33,709 nucleotides of DNA from a virus, in IMG/VR virus record IMGVR_UViG_3300029523_000016; one strand, written 5' to 3'. The position numbers were made by a program, and so were the translations under genes. Positions 23,664 through 32,211 of the stretch are shown here, piece after piece (within the stretch, counting starts at the first letter, position 1; each line of letters begins with the position of its first letter). The notes under the pieces are model-generated. The model was not told the DNA's origin. It saw only the letters and a program-made list of their open reading frames with translations, and made no database searches.

Positions 23664-24821
23664 CTATTCAGCAATTACAATTGTTCCATTGAATGCATTA
23701 GAATAGTTACCATATTTATCTACACCATAGATTGAAACATTGAATGAACCTGCTTCTGTTGGTGTTCCAGTAACTGCTCCAGTAGTTGCATTTAATGTTA
23801 ATCCTGCTGGTAATCCACCTGCTTCAAACTTTTCAACACCTGTTCCACTAAATGCTGTTTTTTGAGTATAATTTTGTCCAACTTTACCAGCATCGAATGA
23901 ACCAGCATCAACTGTTGGAATACTTTCAACTAATTTAATAACTGCTTCTGGTCTTACTACTTTTGCTCCGAACATTACATTTCCCTCAACAACGAAGTAT
24001 CCTGGGTAGCCAGGGAAGTTACCATTGTATTGAGCAAATGAACTCCAGAATGTATCACCAACTGTACCAACTTCATTAGCAAAGTATCCAACTACATTTG
24101 TATCTTTACCTTCTTTATCTTTTTCTATTACATTGCTATTGATTTGGAATACACTAACACCATAAGCATCAGCAACTTGTCCCATATCAACACCTTCAAC
24201 ACCTGCTCTTGTTTCAAATTTAAGAATTGATGTTAAACTTGAAATAAAGTAAGCATAAGCAGTTGAACTTAGTCCTAATAGGTATCCATCATAGATATTT
24301 CTATCAAATAATTTAGATTTTAAATCATTAATTAATTCAATAGTTTCAGTTCCACTTGCTGGAGCCCATTTAGTGATTTGTCCATCAGTATAAGCCATTG
24401 AACCATCGGCAGAGCCTGTAATATCAGCATTTAATTTATTAAAGCCATAAACGTCGATTTGTCTAGATATTTGAGCCTCTTTTAATTCGATTTGTCCTTC
24501 GATTGCTCTTTCGATACCACTACCCATTACTATAGGGCTTACTCTAAATGAATAGTCCATAGGTAATTCAGTTAAGTCAACTTTTACTGAATTGTAAGTA
24601 GCAAGTTCGTTTGTTATTCCTCCTTGTGCAATTTCTACATTATTTCTTACATTTAATGCAGTGTCTAATTGCTTAACAATCTCAATAATTGGAGTGCCAG
24701 TTCTTCCAACTTCAAACCATCTTCTGTCTAGCATTTTATAGAATTGAGAATTGTAAAGTAAATTAGCATAAGTTCTTTTCATTAAACCTTGTAGGTCTAA
24801 ATTAACTCCTGTAAAATTCAT
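23664..24821 (-). CDS. Major capsid protein with C-terminal Ig-like domain
   Basis: 385 aa, following the scaffold gene. C-terminus GGLPAGLTLNATTGAVTGTPTEAGSFNVSIYGVDKYGN is an Ig-like decoration motif. Confidence 0.7.
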   Translation of the reverse strand: MNFTGVNLDLQGLMKRTYANLLYNSQFYKMLDRRWFEVGRTGTPIIEIVKQLDTALNVRNNVEIAQGGITNELATYNSVKVDLTELPMDYSFRVSPIVMGSGIERAIEGQIELKEAQISRQIDVYGFNKLNADITGSADGSMAYTDGQITKWAPASGTETIELINDLKSKLFDRNIYDGYLLGLSSTAYAYFISSLTSILKFETRAGVEGVDMGQVADAYGVSVFQINSNVIEKDKEGKDTNVVGYFANEVGTVGDTFWSSFAQYNGNFPGYPGYFVVEGNVMFGAKVVRPEAVIKLVESIPTVDAGSFDAGKVGQNYTQKTAFSGTGVEKFEAGGLPAGLTLNATTGAVTGTPTEAGSFNVSIYGVDKYGNYSNAFNGTIVIAE

Positions 24822-24861
24822 AATTTCTTCCTCCTTTTCTTTCCTCTATATTTAACTAAAA

Positions 24862-25419
24862 TTATTTAGTTACAGGTATCATTAAATCTTTAATACTAGT
24901 ACCTCTAGTTATCTTTATATCTTTACCAGTATTAGCATTATTTCCATTTACTCCACCCTCATTAGGTGCTTGTGTAAATGGTATGTTATTCTTCTTTTCT
25001 GTTTCTGGGAAATATGTATTTTTAAATCTAGTTACTATTCCCTCAATTGCTTTGTCATCATCTTTTTCATCAGCATAAAGACTATTCCTTAATTTAACTA
25101 CTTCATCAAAGTTTTCTTCTTTAAAACCTCTCTTAACGAGTTTATTCTCTAGACTTAATCTACCCATCTTATCATTTGCTTCACTTAAAGTCTTGACAGT
25201 ATTGTTGTAGTTAGTTTCTAGATTTGCATAATCTCCTTGAAGTTTAGTATAATCTTCTTTCTTTACATATCCTGAATAATCAGCCTTAGGAATATCACTA
25301 TTCTTTGTATAGCCTTTATAAAGGTCTTTTTCCATAGCAGAAACATCTAGGTCATCATTACTTATAGTAATCTCTTTGTTTTTTAGATATTTAGTAATAT
25401 CAAAATTCATATTTATCAT
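24862..25419 (-). CDS. Scaffolding protein
   Basis: 185 aa, charged and helical, between the MuF-like and capsid genes. Confidence 0.55.
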   Translation of the reverse strand: MINMNFDITKYLKNKEITISNDDLDVSAMEKDLYKGYTKNSDIPKADYSGYVKKEDYTKLQGDYANLETNYNNTVKTLSEANDKMGRLSLENKLVKRGFKEENFDEVVKLRNSLYADEKDDDKAIEGIVTRFKNTYFPETEKKNNIPFTQAPNEGGVNGNNANTGKDIKITRGTSIKDLMIPVTK

Positions 25420-25490
25420 TCTCCTTTTTTTTAGAAGTGATAAAAGTGTGTCGCGACTGCTAACCTTTTATAGACTTAATAGCAATTGGT

Positions 25491-26462
25491 CTATTTATTT
25501 AATTCTTTTATAGTAGCATTTATCTTTTTTATTTTAGCATTTGTTTTATCTACCTCACTTCCATTTCCTAAATCTTCATATATCTTTTTATCATTCTTTA
25601 ATTTAGTTCTTTTTAGTTGTAGGGCTTGTATCTTTTGCTTTTTTTCATAATCTTCTTGCCACTTATCAGAATTATAATCATTTTTTTGTATTTGGTCTTT
25701 ATCCCAATATATAGTCCATTGGTGTCTACAATTAGGATGACCTACACCTCCAGCAATTGCTTCTTCTTGTGGATAATATTTAATTCCATCAGAAGTATAT
25801 CCACTCTTTCCTTCTTTACTATATACCTTACCTTGATAAGGCATACATAAAGGGCAAGCGAATGTATGTGCTGGTAAGTATAAAAGTTCTTTCTCCAATA
25901 AATTAGCATCGTACATTGTCCTGTTCCAACCTGCATGATTAAGATTAGTATTATAAAGCATTGAATTATAATCTGCTATGTTATGCCAACTTCTTACACT
26001 TCCATCTTTATTATGGTATGGAATAGTTGCTTGCACTTCATCATATTTAGTTACTAATTTAGATAAATAACTTTCTCTATCTATATAACCTTTATTTGCT
26101 GTCTTTCTTCTGCCTTTATAATATTCATCAATATTATATTTATATTTTTTCTCTACATTTTGGAATACCTTTTCACTTGCTAATTCATATATTTGTTTAT
26201 ATTCAGCATCAGGATTTATTATTTTATTTCCCTCTAAATCTCTAGCCATTATCATATCTTCAAGTTCTTTTATTCTTTCAGCCATATATTTATGGTCTAC
26301 CTTTTCCCATATTTTTGCAGTTTCTTTTTTGAACTCTGCTAGTGTCTTATTCTTATATAGGTAATCGAAGAATACTCGTTTAGTTTCATACATTAGTTTA
26401 TAATATTCATTCTTTGAATAGTAAGCACTATCTTCTATAAATAAACTAAATGGGTCTTTCAT
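25491..26462 (-). CDS. Head morphogenesis protein (SPP1 gp7 / Mu F-like minor capsid)
   Basis: 323 aa. CPLCMPYQGKVY...GVGHPNCRHQW signature. Directly after the portal gene. Confidence 0.75.
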   Translation of the reverse strand: MKDPFSLFIEDSAYYSKNEYYKLMYETKRVFFDYLYKNKTLAEFKKETAKIWEKVDHKYMAERIKELEDMIMARDLEGNKIINPDAEYKQIYELASEKVFQNVEKKYKYNIDEYYKGRRKTANKGYIDRESYLSKLVTKYDEVQATIPYHNKDGSVRSWHNIADYNSMLYNTNLNHAGWNRTMYDANLLEKELLYLPAHTFACPLCMPYQGKVYSKEGKSGYTSDGIKYYPQEEAIAGGVGHPNCRHQWTIYWDKDQIQKNDYNSDKWQEDYEKKQKIQALQLKRTKLKNDKKIYEDLGNGSEVDKTNAKIKKINATIKELNK

Positions 26463-27826
26463 TATACTTCTCCAAACTTAACTTGTATTGCTTCTTCTTC
26501 CTCTTTGTTAGCATTAATTAATTCTTCTATTAATTTACTATTTTTACCTACATAGTCATCATCAATTAACTTATTAAGTATAGGGGTTATTATCTTAGCC
26601 TTTACACTATATGGAACACTGCCAACACTTTGAATTCTATTTAATACTTGAAGTTTCTTCATATCATTGAATTTCTCATTTGCTCCATAATCCCAATTTA
26701 ACTCGGTAGGTATTAGATTAACTTTTATGTTGTTTGCTTGCTGAGCCTTAACAACATTTTCAAGTAGATGATTTATTTGAGGCTCTATTTGTGTCTTTAT
26801 TGCCTCGATAGTCATATCAGAATTATTCTTACTTAAATCTATGCTATCGACATTCTGATAAGCATCTTTTTCATATCCAAATGTTGCAGGACTTAGTCCA
26901 GCCATTTGAATTACTTGATAATCGCAGAATTTAAACGAACTAATATATTCATTAAATCTAATATTACCTTGTAAAAATTCAAATAATTGGTGGTCTTTAT
27001 CCCCTGGCAATAAAGTAAAGTAATCTGCTAATTTACCAACACTTAATGTATCAACTTTATAATGATTACTTGCAGGTTGCCAATTAGTTACTATATCTCC
27101 ACTTTGATAATGCTGGCTTGTTACTATCTTAGTTTTGGTCTTTTCTATTTCATCAACAAAGGTGTTGAATATTTCCATTTCTTCATTTAAGAATTTTTTA
27201 CTATCTTTAAAGAAATTCTGACCTATATCTATATTAATTAGATTTTCATAAGGTAATATGTACTTAGCAATGTATTCATTACCAGTTCTTAGATTAAATG
27301 TACCTAAATCAACAGGTATTAATTTGCCACCTTTATCTTCTTTGAATACTTCCATAGTCATATAAGTAATACCATTCTCTAACTTAATATTTCTATGAAG
27401 TTCATATATATCTTCTTTAGTAACGAATTCTTGTACGATAGTACCACTTATTACTTTGTCATATTTTTGTACTAAATCGTGTATGTCTGATTTCTTAATA
27501 CACTCTAAATATATCTTATTATAAAATTTATTTATTAATATGAAACTTTCTTCTTCATATACTGCTAATTCTAGGCTCTCTTTAAGTGTAGGCATTAACC
27601 AATTTATTGATAATCCCTCTGTTTGTGTTACTAAATCTGAGCCAAATATTTGATTTACTATATATGTAGCAACCTTTTTACCACTAGGAGCAATTATATA
27701 GTCATTTTTCTTGTAAATATTAGGCTTTCCATTAGTTATACCAGGTTGAGTTACTGTTGCCTCTACTCTTATATATGGAGCCTCTAAATAGTTGTATGCT
27801 GATTTTAATCTTACTTGATTATTCAT
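26462..27826 (-). CDS. Portal protein
   Basis: 454 aa. Position between the terL region and the MuF-like gene, and the size is typical. Confidence 0.75.
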   Translation of the reverse strand: MNNQVRLKSAYNYLEAPYIRVEATVTQPGITNGKPNIYKKNDYIIAPSGKKVATYIVNQIFGSDLVTQTEGLSINWLMPTLKESLELAVYEEESFILINKFYNKIYLECIKKSDIHDLVQKYDKVISGTIVQEFVTKEDIYELHRNIKLENGITYMTMEVFKEDKGGKLIPVDLGTFNLRTGNEYIAKYILPYENLINIDIGQNFFKDSKKFLNEEMEIFNTFVDEIEKTKTKIVTSQHYQSGDIVTNWQPASNHYKVDTLSVGKLADYFTLLPGDKDHQLFEFLQGNIRFNEYISSFKFCDYQVIQMAGLSPATFGYEKDAYQNVDSIDLSKNNSDMTIEAIKTQIEPQINHLLENVVKAQQANNIKVNLIPTELNWDYGANEKFNDMKKLQVLNRIQSVGSVPYSVKAKIITPILNKLIDDDYVGKNSKLIEELINANKEEEEAIQVKFGEV

Positions 27827-28161
27827 TTAATATCAACTCCTTCATATATTAGAGTTTCAATATGAGCCTCTCTTTTCTTTTCATCAGTCAATTTATATTT
27901 ATAACTTTGAACTACTATTTGCACTTTTCTATCAGTTCCTAGTAAATGTTTCATACCTCTTGTTTTTACTACATAGAACTTACCCATAGGAGCAAAGTCT
28001 TTATCTATCTTTCTTTTATCTATGCATTGACCATTTAAATATAAATACAAAGTCCATTTCTTATTATTTTCATAATTTAATCTTGATTTTTGCATAAATT
28101 CTGCAATTTTGCCGATTAATTTATTAAAAATGGCACTTATTTGCTTTATTAGAGTTCTCAT
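27823..28161 (-). CDS. Hypothetical protein (112 aa)
   Basis: I prefer the ATG at 28161 (MRTLIKQ, GAAAGGAG RBS). The track extension to 28200 would run through the terminator T-tract. Confidence 0.5.
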   Translation of the reverse strand: MRTLIKQISAIFNKLIGKIAEFMQKSRLNYENNKKWTLYLYLNGQCIDKRKIDKDFAPMGKFYVVKTRGMKHLLGTDRKVQIVVQSYKYKLTDEKKREAHIETLIYEGVDIK

Positions 28162-28189
28162 TTTTAACTCCTTTCTATGTGTATAAATA

Positions 28190-28223
28190 ATAAAAAACAT
28201 ATAGTTATCTCTTTAACTATATG
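28190..28223 (-). terminator. Intrinsic terminator ~40 nt downstream of the 28298 promoter
   Basis: Minus strand reads CATATAGTTA-aagaga-TAACTATATG (perfect 10-bp stem) followed by TTTTTTATT. Confidence 0.75.
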
Positions 28224-28269
28224 CTTCTTATGTTTACGACACACTTTTTCGCACTTTTCTATCTCTTAA

Positions 28270-28298
28270 ATTATAGCATAATTATTTATTATTGTCAA
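28270..28298 (-). promoter_or_regulatory. Consensus sigma-A promoter with extended -10
   Basis: Minus strand reads TTGACA (28298-28293), 17 nt, TGcTATAAT (28278-28270). Overlaps the last codons of the 28282..28506 ORF. Confidence 0.7.
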
Positions 28299-28506
28299 CA
28301 TCTCTTTTATAACTTCTAATATGTATGTAATGAGTAGGGTAGATTTCATATACTTCTATCATCTTACACTTAGGGCAAGGATATTCTATTACCAAAGGAG
28401 TTTCCACTTCTATTCCCATTTTTTTTAGATTTTTATAATATTCTTCAATTTCTATTTTAAATAAATATCTTTTTGTAGATTTACAACGAATTTCGATTTT
28501 AATCAA
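28282..28506 (-). CDS. Small zinc-ribbon protein (CPKC; loosely Mu Com-like)
   Basis: 74 aa. IEIRCKSTKRYLFKIE...EYPCPKCKMIEVYEI. The first Cys pair is degenerate. Confidence 0.45.
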   Translation of the reverse strand: MIKIEIRCKSTKRYLFKIEIEEYYKNLKKMGIEVETPLVIEYPCPKCKMIEVYEIYPTHYIHIRSYKRDVDNNK

Positions 28507-28512
28507 CTCCTT

Positions 28513-29889
28513 TTATACCACTGGTGCTCTATCAGTTTCTTTAAACTCTATTATGATATACCTTAAAGCATCTATATGGTCATCAAACTCTTTTACATAG
28601 GTCTCTTTACCACTTTTAGCACTTGCTTTTAAATCATATCTATAACTTTCTAATTCAAGCAATCCATCATCTTTACCACTATAAACCAATTCGCCATTGT
28701 CTGTTATATGCTTAATTGCTTTTTGTTTATATATAAGCAAATATTCCTTATAAAACAAAGATTGCATATATTGAACTCCTTCAACTACATTATCCATACT
28801 TTTATTGATTAATGTATGTGGTATATTATCAGCAATTAACCTATTATGGAAATGAGCAGCAGCACTATCTAATACCATAGTGGTTATAGGCACCTGTCCA
28901 TACTCGCTTTTTAGATACAATAAGAATAATCTTAATTGCTTGCTAAAATATTCAGTTGTAGGGTTATCTTGTTCTTCTTTAGCATTGTGGTAATAATACT
29001 CTAGCCTTATTAATACCCATTTCTTATTTACTTTATCATAAGCAAGAGCAATAGGTACGAAGGCTGTCGCATGGACTGAGCCATAGTCTATTCCTATTCC
29101 TATTTCTCTGAAAGCATAGTCATTTAAATCATTAATGATGTTTATTGTTGTAAAAATTTTTCCAGTTGCAAGTATCCATCTATTGAATATCTTTTGTTCT
29201 CTTAGATTTCCAGGTGGGAACATTTCCAATACCTTTCGCATTGCTTCTTCTGTTTTTATCTTAGGATTGTCATAAGGAAAGAAAGAATAATGCTTAGCAT
29301 AAGGTTTCTTATCTATGTAGTCAATCTTATATGGGTGATTTTCCCCTCCCTCAACATTGAACGAATGTATGGTCTTTAAATAGGGATGGTCTGCGTAAGA
29401 TACTTGTCTACCAGGGAATTCATTAAATGGCTCTCTTAAATTATCTTGTGAGTATATTCTAGCACTTTCATCTATCCATTCAAATATTAAAGGTTTACCT
29501 AATATCTTGTTAAATGCAAGAACATTGTTAAAACCAAAGAAATAATATCTGATATTGTATATTTCAAGATATTTTTCATCAGTCTGCCACCTTAATATAT
29601 AATCTCTTCCTTTTTTTAACTTCATATCATCTAGAAATTTTTTTAAAGGCTCTAATATATTACCTTTTAATGTCTCTAAACTCCAACCAGTTATAGAGCC
29701 AAAATAAGTTTCATTTGGATTATAGTTATATAAGGCTTGAGCATATAAGATACATCCTAAACATATATCAAAGGTCTTGCCACTTTGTGTACTTCCTAAT
29801 ACATATATTTCAGTTAGATTAGGACTAATTATATCATTTAGTAGTTGACTTTGCTTTTTTGATAGTGTTAGATTTAGATTTGTTTCCAT
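28513..29889 (-). CDS. terL: Terminase large subunit
   Basis: 458 aa. Walker A VLGSTQSGKTF and Walker B-like IFEWIDESARI. C-terminal nuclease-like region with LDSAAA...DDHIDALRY. Confidence 0.9.
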   Translation of the reverse strand: METNLNLTLSKKQSQLLNDIISPNLTEIYVLGSTQSGKTFDICLGCILYAQALYNYNPNETYFGSITGWSLETLKGNILEPLKKFLDDMKLKKGRDYILRWQTDEKYLEIYNIRYYFFGFNNVLAFNKILGKPLIFEWIDESARIYSQDNLREPFNEFPGRQVSYADHPYLKTIHSFNVEGGENHPYKIDYIDKKPYAKHYSFFPYDNPKIKTEEAMRKVLEMFPPGNLREQKIFNRWILATGKIFTTINIINDLNDYAFREIGIGIDYGSVHATAFVPIALAYDKVNKKWVLIRLEYYYHNAKEEQDNPTTEYFSKQLRLFLLYLKSEYGQVPITTMVLDSAAAHFHNRLIADNIPHTLINKSMDNVVEGVQYMQSLFYKEYLLIYKQKAIKHITDNGELVYSGKDDGLLELESYRYDLKASAKSGKETYVKEFDDHIDALRYIIIEFKETDRAPVV

Positions 29890-30070
29890 TTTCCAACTCC
29901 CTATCTATTTCTTCAATTTTCTGAGTAGTCTTCCCTTGACACTCATTACTTTCTATATCTTTAATAATTAATTCTTTCTTTTCTAATTTCAATTTTTCTT
30001 CATTAGATACTATCAAACCATTGCTATCTTTGATTAAATATCTATCTTCTCTTAATTTAATAAACTCCAT
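29834..30070 (-). CDS. Hypothetical protein (78 aa) overlapping the terL start
   Basis: Track ORF with a 56-nt overlap with terL. Function unknown. Confidence 0.45.
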   Translation of the reverse strand: MEFIKLREDRYLIKDSNGLIVSNEEKLKLEKKELIIKDIESNECQGKTTQKIEEIDRELENGNKSKSNTIKKAKSTTK

Positions 30071-30079
30071 ATTTACCTC

Positions 30080-30322
30080 CTATTTAAGTCTAAATACTTG
30101 TCCATTATCAGAATACATACCATAGCCATTGCCTAAGTCTTTGTATACTCTTCCATTGTGTAATTTGATTTTACTTTCTGCTGTTTTTGGAATAGTAGAG
30201 CCAACCTTAACAAATTTAGTAGGTATTTCTGTTTTTTCTTCTTGAACTTGTGAATTAACTGGCTTGTTATCTAAACTAATAACATCAACCTTTTTCTTTC
30301 CAGTGTTACTCTTTTTTGCCAT
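30080..30322 (-). CDS. Hypothetical basic protein (80 aa)
   Basis: I prefer the ATG at 30322 (MAKKSNTGKKKV, AAGGAGG RBS). The track extension to 30361 is created by a 20-bp duplication. Confidence 0.5.
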   Translation of the reverse strand: MAKKSNTGKKKVDVISLDNKPVNSQVQEEKTEIPTKFVKVGSTIPKTAESKIKLHNGRVYKDLGNGYGMYSDNGQVFRLK

Positions 30323-30353
30323 TTCTGATACCTCCTTTTTCTTTCCAGTGTTA
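30289..30353. repeat. Perfect 20-bp direct repeat bracketing the RBS and start codon of the 30080..30322 gene
   Basis: CCTTTTTCTTTCCAGTGTTA occurs at 30289-30308 and 30334-30353, offset 45 bp. Confidence 0.9.
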
Positions 30354-30361
30354 TTAAACAC

Positions 30362-30751
30362 TACACTAATAATATGTTTAGTTTTCTAAAGTAGTTAGCC
30401 TGTTAGAAATATAGTGCCTCATTGGCGAACCTAACCTACACTTGCATATTATCATTGTACTGCTTAATAGATACTATACCAATGATATATACTATTCATA
30501 GTGGAACTATGGACTTCAATCTATATCATCAGTATACTACCTATAAGGGTAGTACTATAATTCATTTATGGCGGGGGTATGTTATCCAAATACACTTCAC
30601 ATACACTATCAACAATAATAGCCTTTCTAATGTGTCAAATTATACTTAATTATTATGTCTTTAGCAAGTGGGTGGGCTCGAACCACCATTCAATTTTAGG
30701 TTGACAGCCTATTATCTACTCATAAGGTCTCCCAGAGTAGCCCCCAGATTT
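30362..30751 (-). other. ORF-free, hairpin-rich, less AT-rich tract with a tRNA-like 5' module (candidate ncRNA, leader or packaging-signal region)
   Basis: No minus-strand ORF. T arm GGTGG-TTCGAGC-CCACC at 30687-30671, plus D-like and anticodon-like hairpins at 30740-30697. Several further perfect 6-7 bp hairpins lie downstream. Confidence 0.4.
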
Positions 30752-31090
30752 TTATAATTCATCTATTGTTAAATTATATTTATATTCAAATAATTTCTTC
30801 TTTAATTTATAAACTTCTGTTCTAACTCCTTTAGTATCTTCAACTACCCATTTTTTATCAACATAATCGTAATAGTAAAAGTCTGCTATGTAATATATAG
30901 GTCTTATCTTTTTACCTTTAACATTTGTATATCCTTCTTGAAGTAAGAACTTTTTTTGTAGTTCTAGATTACATATATAATCAGTGTCTTGCATTAATTC
31001 AAGGTCTTTATATCTCTGCATTTCTTTTTTACTTTCGAACTTAATTCCATTATAGATAACTTTGGTGTTGTGATATTTATTTATTTTCAT
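30752..31090 (-). CDS. DUF1064-type PD-(D/E)XK nuclease (resolvase-like)
   Basis: KYHNTKVIYNGIKFESKKEMQRYKDLELMQDTDYICNLELQKKF...IYYIADFYYYD...VVEDTKG...YKLKKKLFEYKY matches DUF1064 as recalled. I prefer the ATG at 31090 (GGAGAG RBS). Confidence 0.7.
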   Translation of the reverse strand: MKINKYHNTKVIYNGIKFESKKEMQRYKDLELMQDTDYICNLELQKKFLLQEGYTNVKGKKIRPIYYIADFYYYDYVDKKWVVEDTKGVRTEVYKLKKKLFEYKYNLTIDEL

Positions 31091-31439
31091 ATAATACACT
31101 CTCCAAATTACTATTATCTACTACTTCTAATTTTATTGTTGGAACTGATACCTCGGTTTTTTCTGGTTCTAATTCTCCTATTGTTTCAAGAATAGTTTTA
31201 TAATTAATAGCATTCCCTTTCATGGCACCTTTTACAAGCCCTATGTTTACTAAATCTTGATAAGTCTTTCCAGATGGATTTCCTTTTTTATCTTTTACTT
31301 CTTCTTGTAATAGTTCTTTAAGAGCCATTTTAAAGGTTTTTTTTAATGCCCTTACTTCTCCACTACGTTTACCAGCCCTCGACTGTTCTTCTTTTGTTAG
31401 TGTATGCCCTCCTGGTATTAAGTTATCTTCTTTAGCCAT
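31077..31439 (-). CDS. Putative terminase small subunit-like protein
   Basis: 120 aa. NLIPGGHTLTKEEQSRAGKRSGEVRALKKTFKMALKELL...LVKGAMKGNAINYKTILETIGE resembles a Firmicute-phage TerS family (pattern ...GRKGG..SGE.RR.KKT.KE.L..LL...KA.KGD.KA...I.D..GE), recalled from memory and not verified. Confidence 0.4.
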   Translation of the reverse strand: MAKEDNLIPGGHTLTKEEQSRAGKRSGEVRALKKTFKMALKELLQEEVKDKKGNPSGKTYQDLVNIGLVKGAMKGNAINYKTILETIGELEPEKTEVSVPTIKLEVVDNSNLESVLYENK

Positions 31440-31485
31440 AGTATCACCTACTTTATTATATCTTTTAATTTCTTTTTATTAACCA

Positions 31486-31899
31486 TTATTTCAACTCTGC
31501 CATTACTAAATATTTATTATTGATTTCCTCTACATAAGATAAGGCTTTTTCCTTGCTATTATACGCTTTTGTTAAACCTAAACCATTTTTAACTACCCAT
31601 ACTTGGCTTACTTCTACTTCAGCATCTATGATAGTACCTTTATCTTTTTCATTTTTAGTCTTAGAATATTTATCTATAGGCTTAGTAACTGTAATTTTAT
31701 TATATTCAACATCTTTATCAATTATCATTTCAAATAATGCTTTCTTATAACTTATTTCATCTAATTCCATATATTCTACATTACATAATAATTGTCCTGT
31801 AGGTATTAACATATAATTTCCTTTTTTATCTTCATATTTAGCTATTTCTTTTGTTACCTTTGTTATATTTTTATTAAACTTAATTAAATCTCTTTCCAT
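31486..31899 (-). CDS. Hypothetical protein (137 aa)
   Basis: Track ORF. Confidence 0.5.
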   Translation of the reverse strand: MERDLIKFNKNITKVTKEIAKYEDKKGNYMLIPTGQLLCNVEYMELDEISYKKALFEMIIDKDVEYNKITVTKPIDKYSKTKNEKDKGTIIDAEVEVSQVWVVKNGLGLTKAYNSKEKALSYVEEINNKYLVMAELK

Positions 31900-31914
31900 T
31901 TTTTATTTTCCTTC

Positions 31915-32211
31915 CTAATTTTCGTAAATTATTTCTTTGTCATATTCAACAGCAATTTGGTGTTCTATTTTGCATCCTCTTGCTTTTTCCCAACCTTTCA
32001 TAAAAAAGATTATATCTGCTTGTGCTAAATATTCAATGCTTTTTGATAAAAACCATATTGCTTCATCAACATTTTTCGGTGCTTCATCAAATACAGTATC
32101 TAATACTTCATAACCATTATCTTCAAATTCTTGTACTAATACTTTTCTTTCTTCTTTTATTTGTTCATTTGTTTTGCCTCTCATAGGTTGGCTTATCATT
32201 ATTTTTTTCAT
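31915..32211 (-). CDS. DUF4406 / nucleoside 2-deoxyribosyltransferase-like protein
   Basis: 98 aa. ISQPMRGKTNEQI...ADIIFFMKGWEKARGCKIEHQIA fits the DUF4406 pattern (ISGPM.G...N......D.v..l.GW..S.Ga..E...A). Confidence 0.55.
   Translation of the reverse strand: MKKIMISQPMRGKTNEQIKEERKVLVQEFEDNGYEVLDTVFDEAPKNVDEAIWFLSKSIEYLAQADIIFFMKGWEKARGCKIEHQIAVEYDKEIIYEN

Noticed and set aside
25742-25936. Minus-strand 64-aa ORF nested out of frame inside the MuF-like head morphogenesis gene
   Set aside because: It is fully contained in a gene with a clear family signature, has no RBS, and its composition is implausible.
25443-28250. Inverted copies of the 12-mer AAAAGTGTGTCG (25443-25454 and complement at 28239-28250) flanking the portal and MuF genes
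   Set aside because: A single 12-bp match in a 33-kb genome is within chance expectation. No extended similarity or associated recombinase was found.
30664-30745. Possible tRNA gene (minus strand) with T arm GGTGG-TTCGAGC-CCACC and an anticodon-like loop CUGUCAA
   Set aside because: No 7-bp acceptor stem can be formed: the 3' strand CACTTGC has no GCAAGTG-like partner upstream. The D-like stem is 6 bp with a 13-nt loop, the anticodon stem has only 4 bp, and the variable region would be 8 nt. It is kept as a tRNA-like module in the findings, not called as a tRNA.
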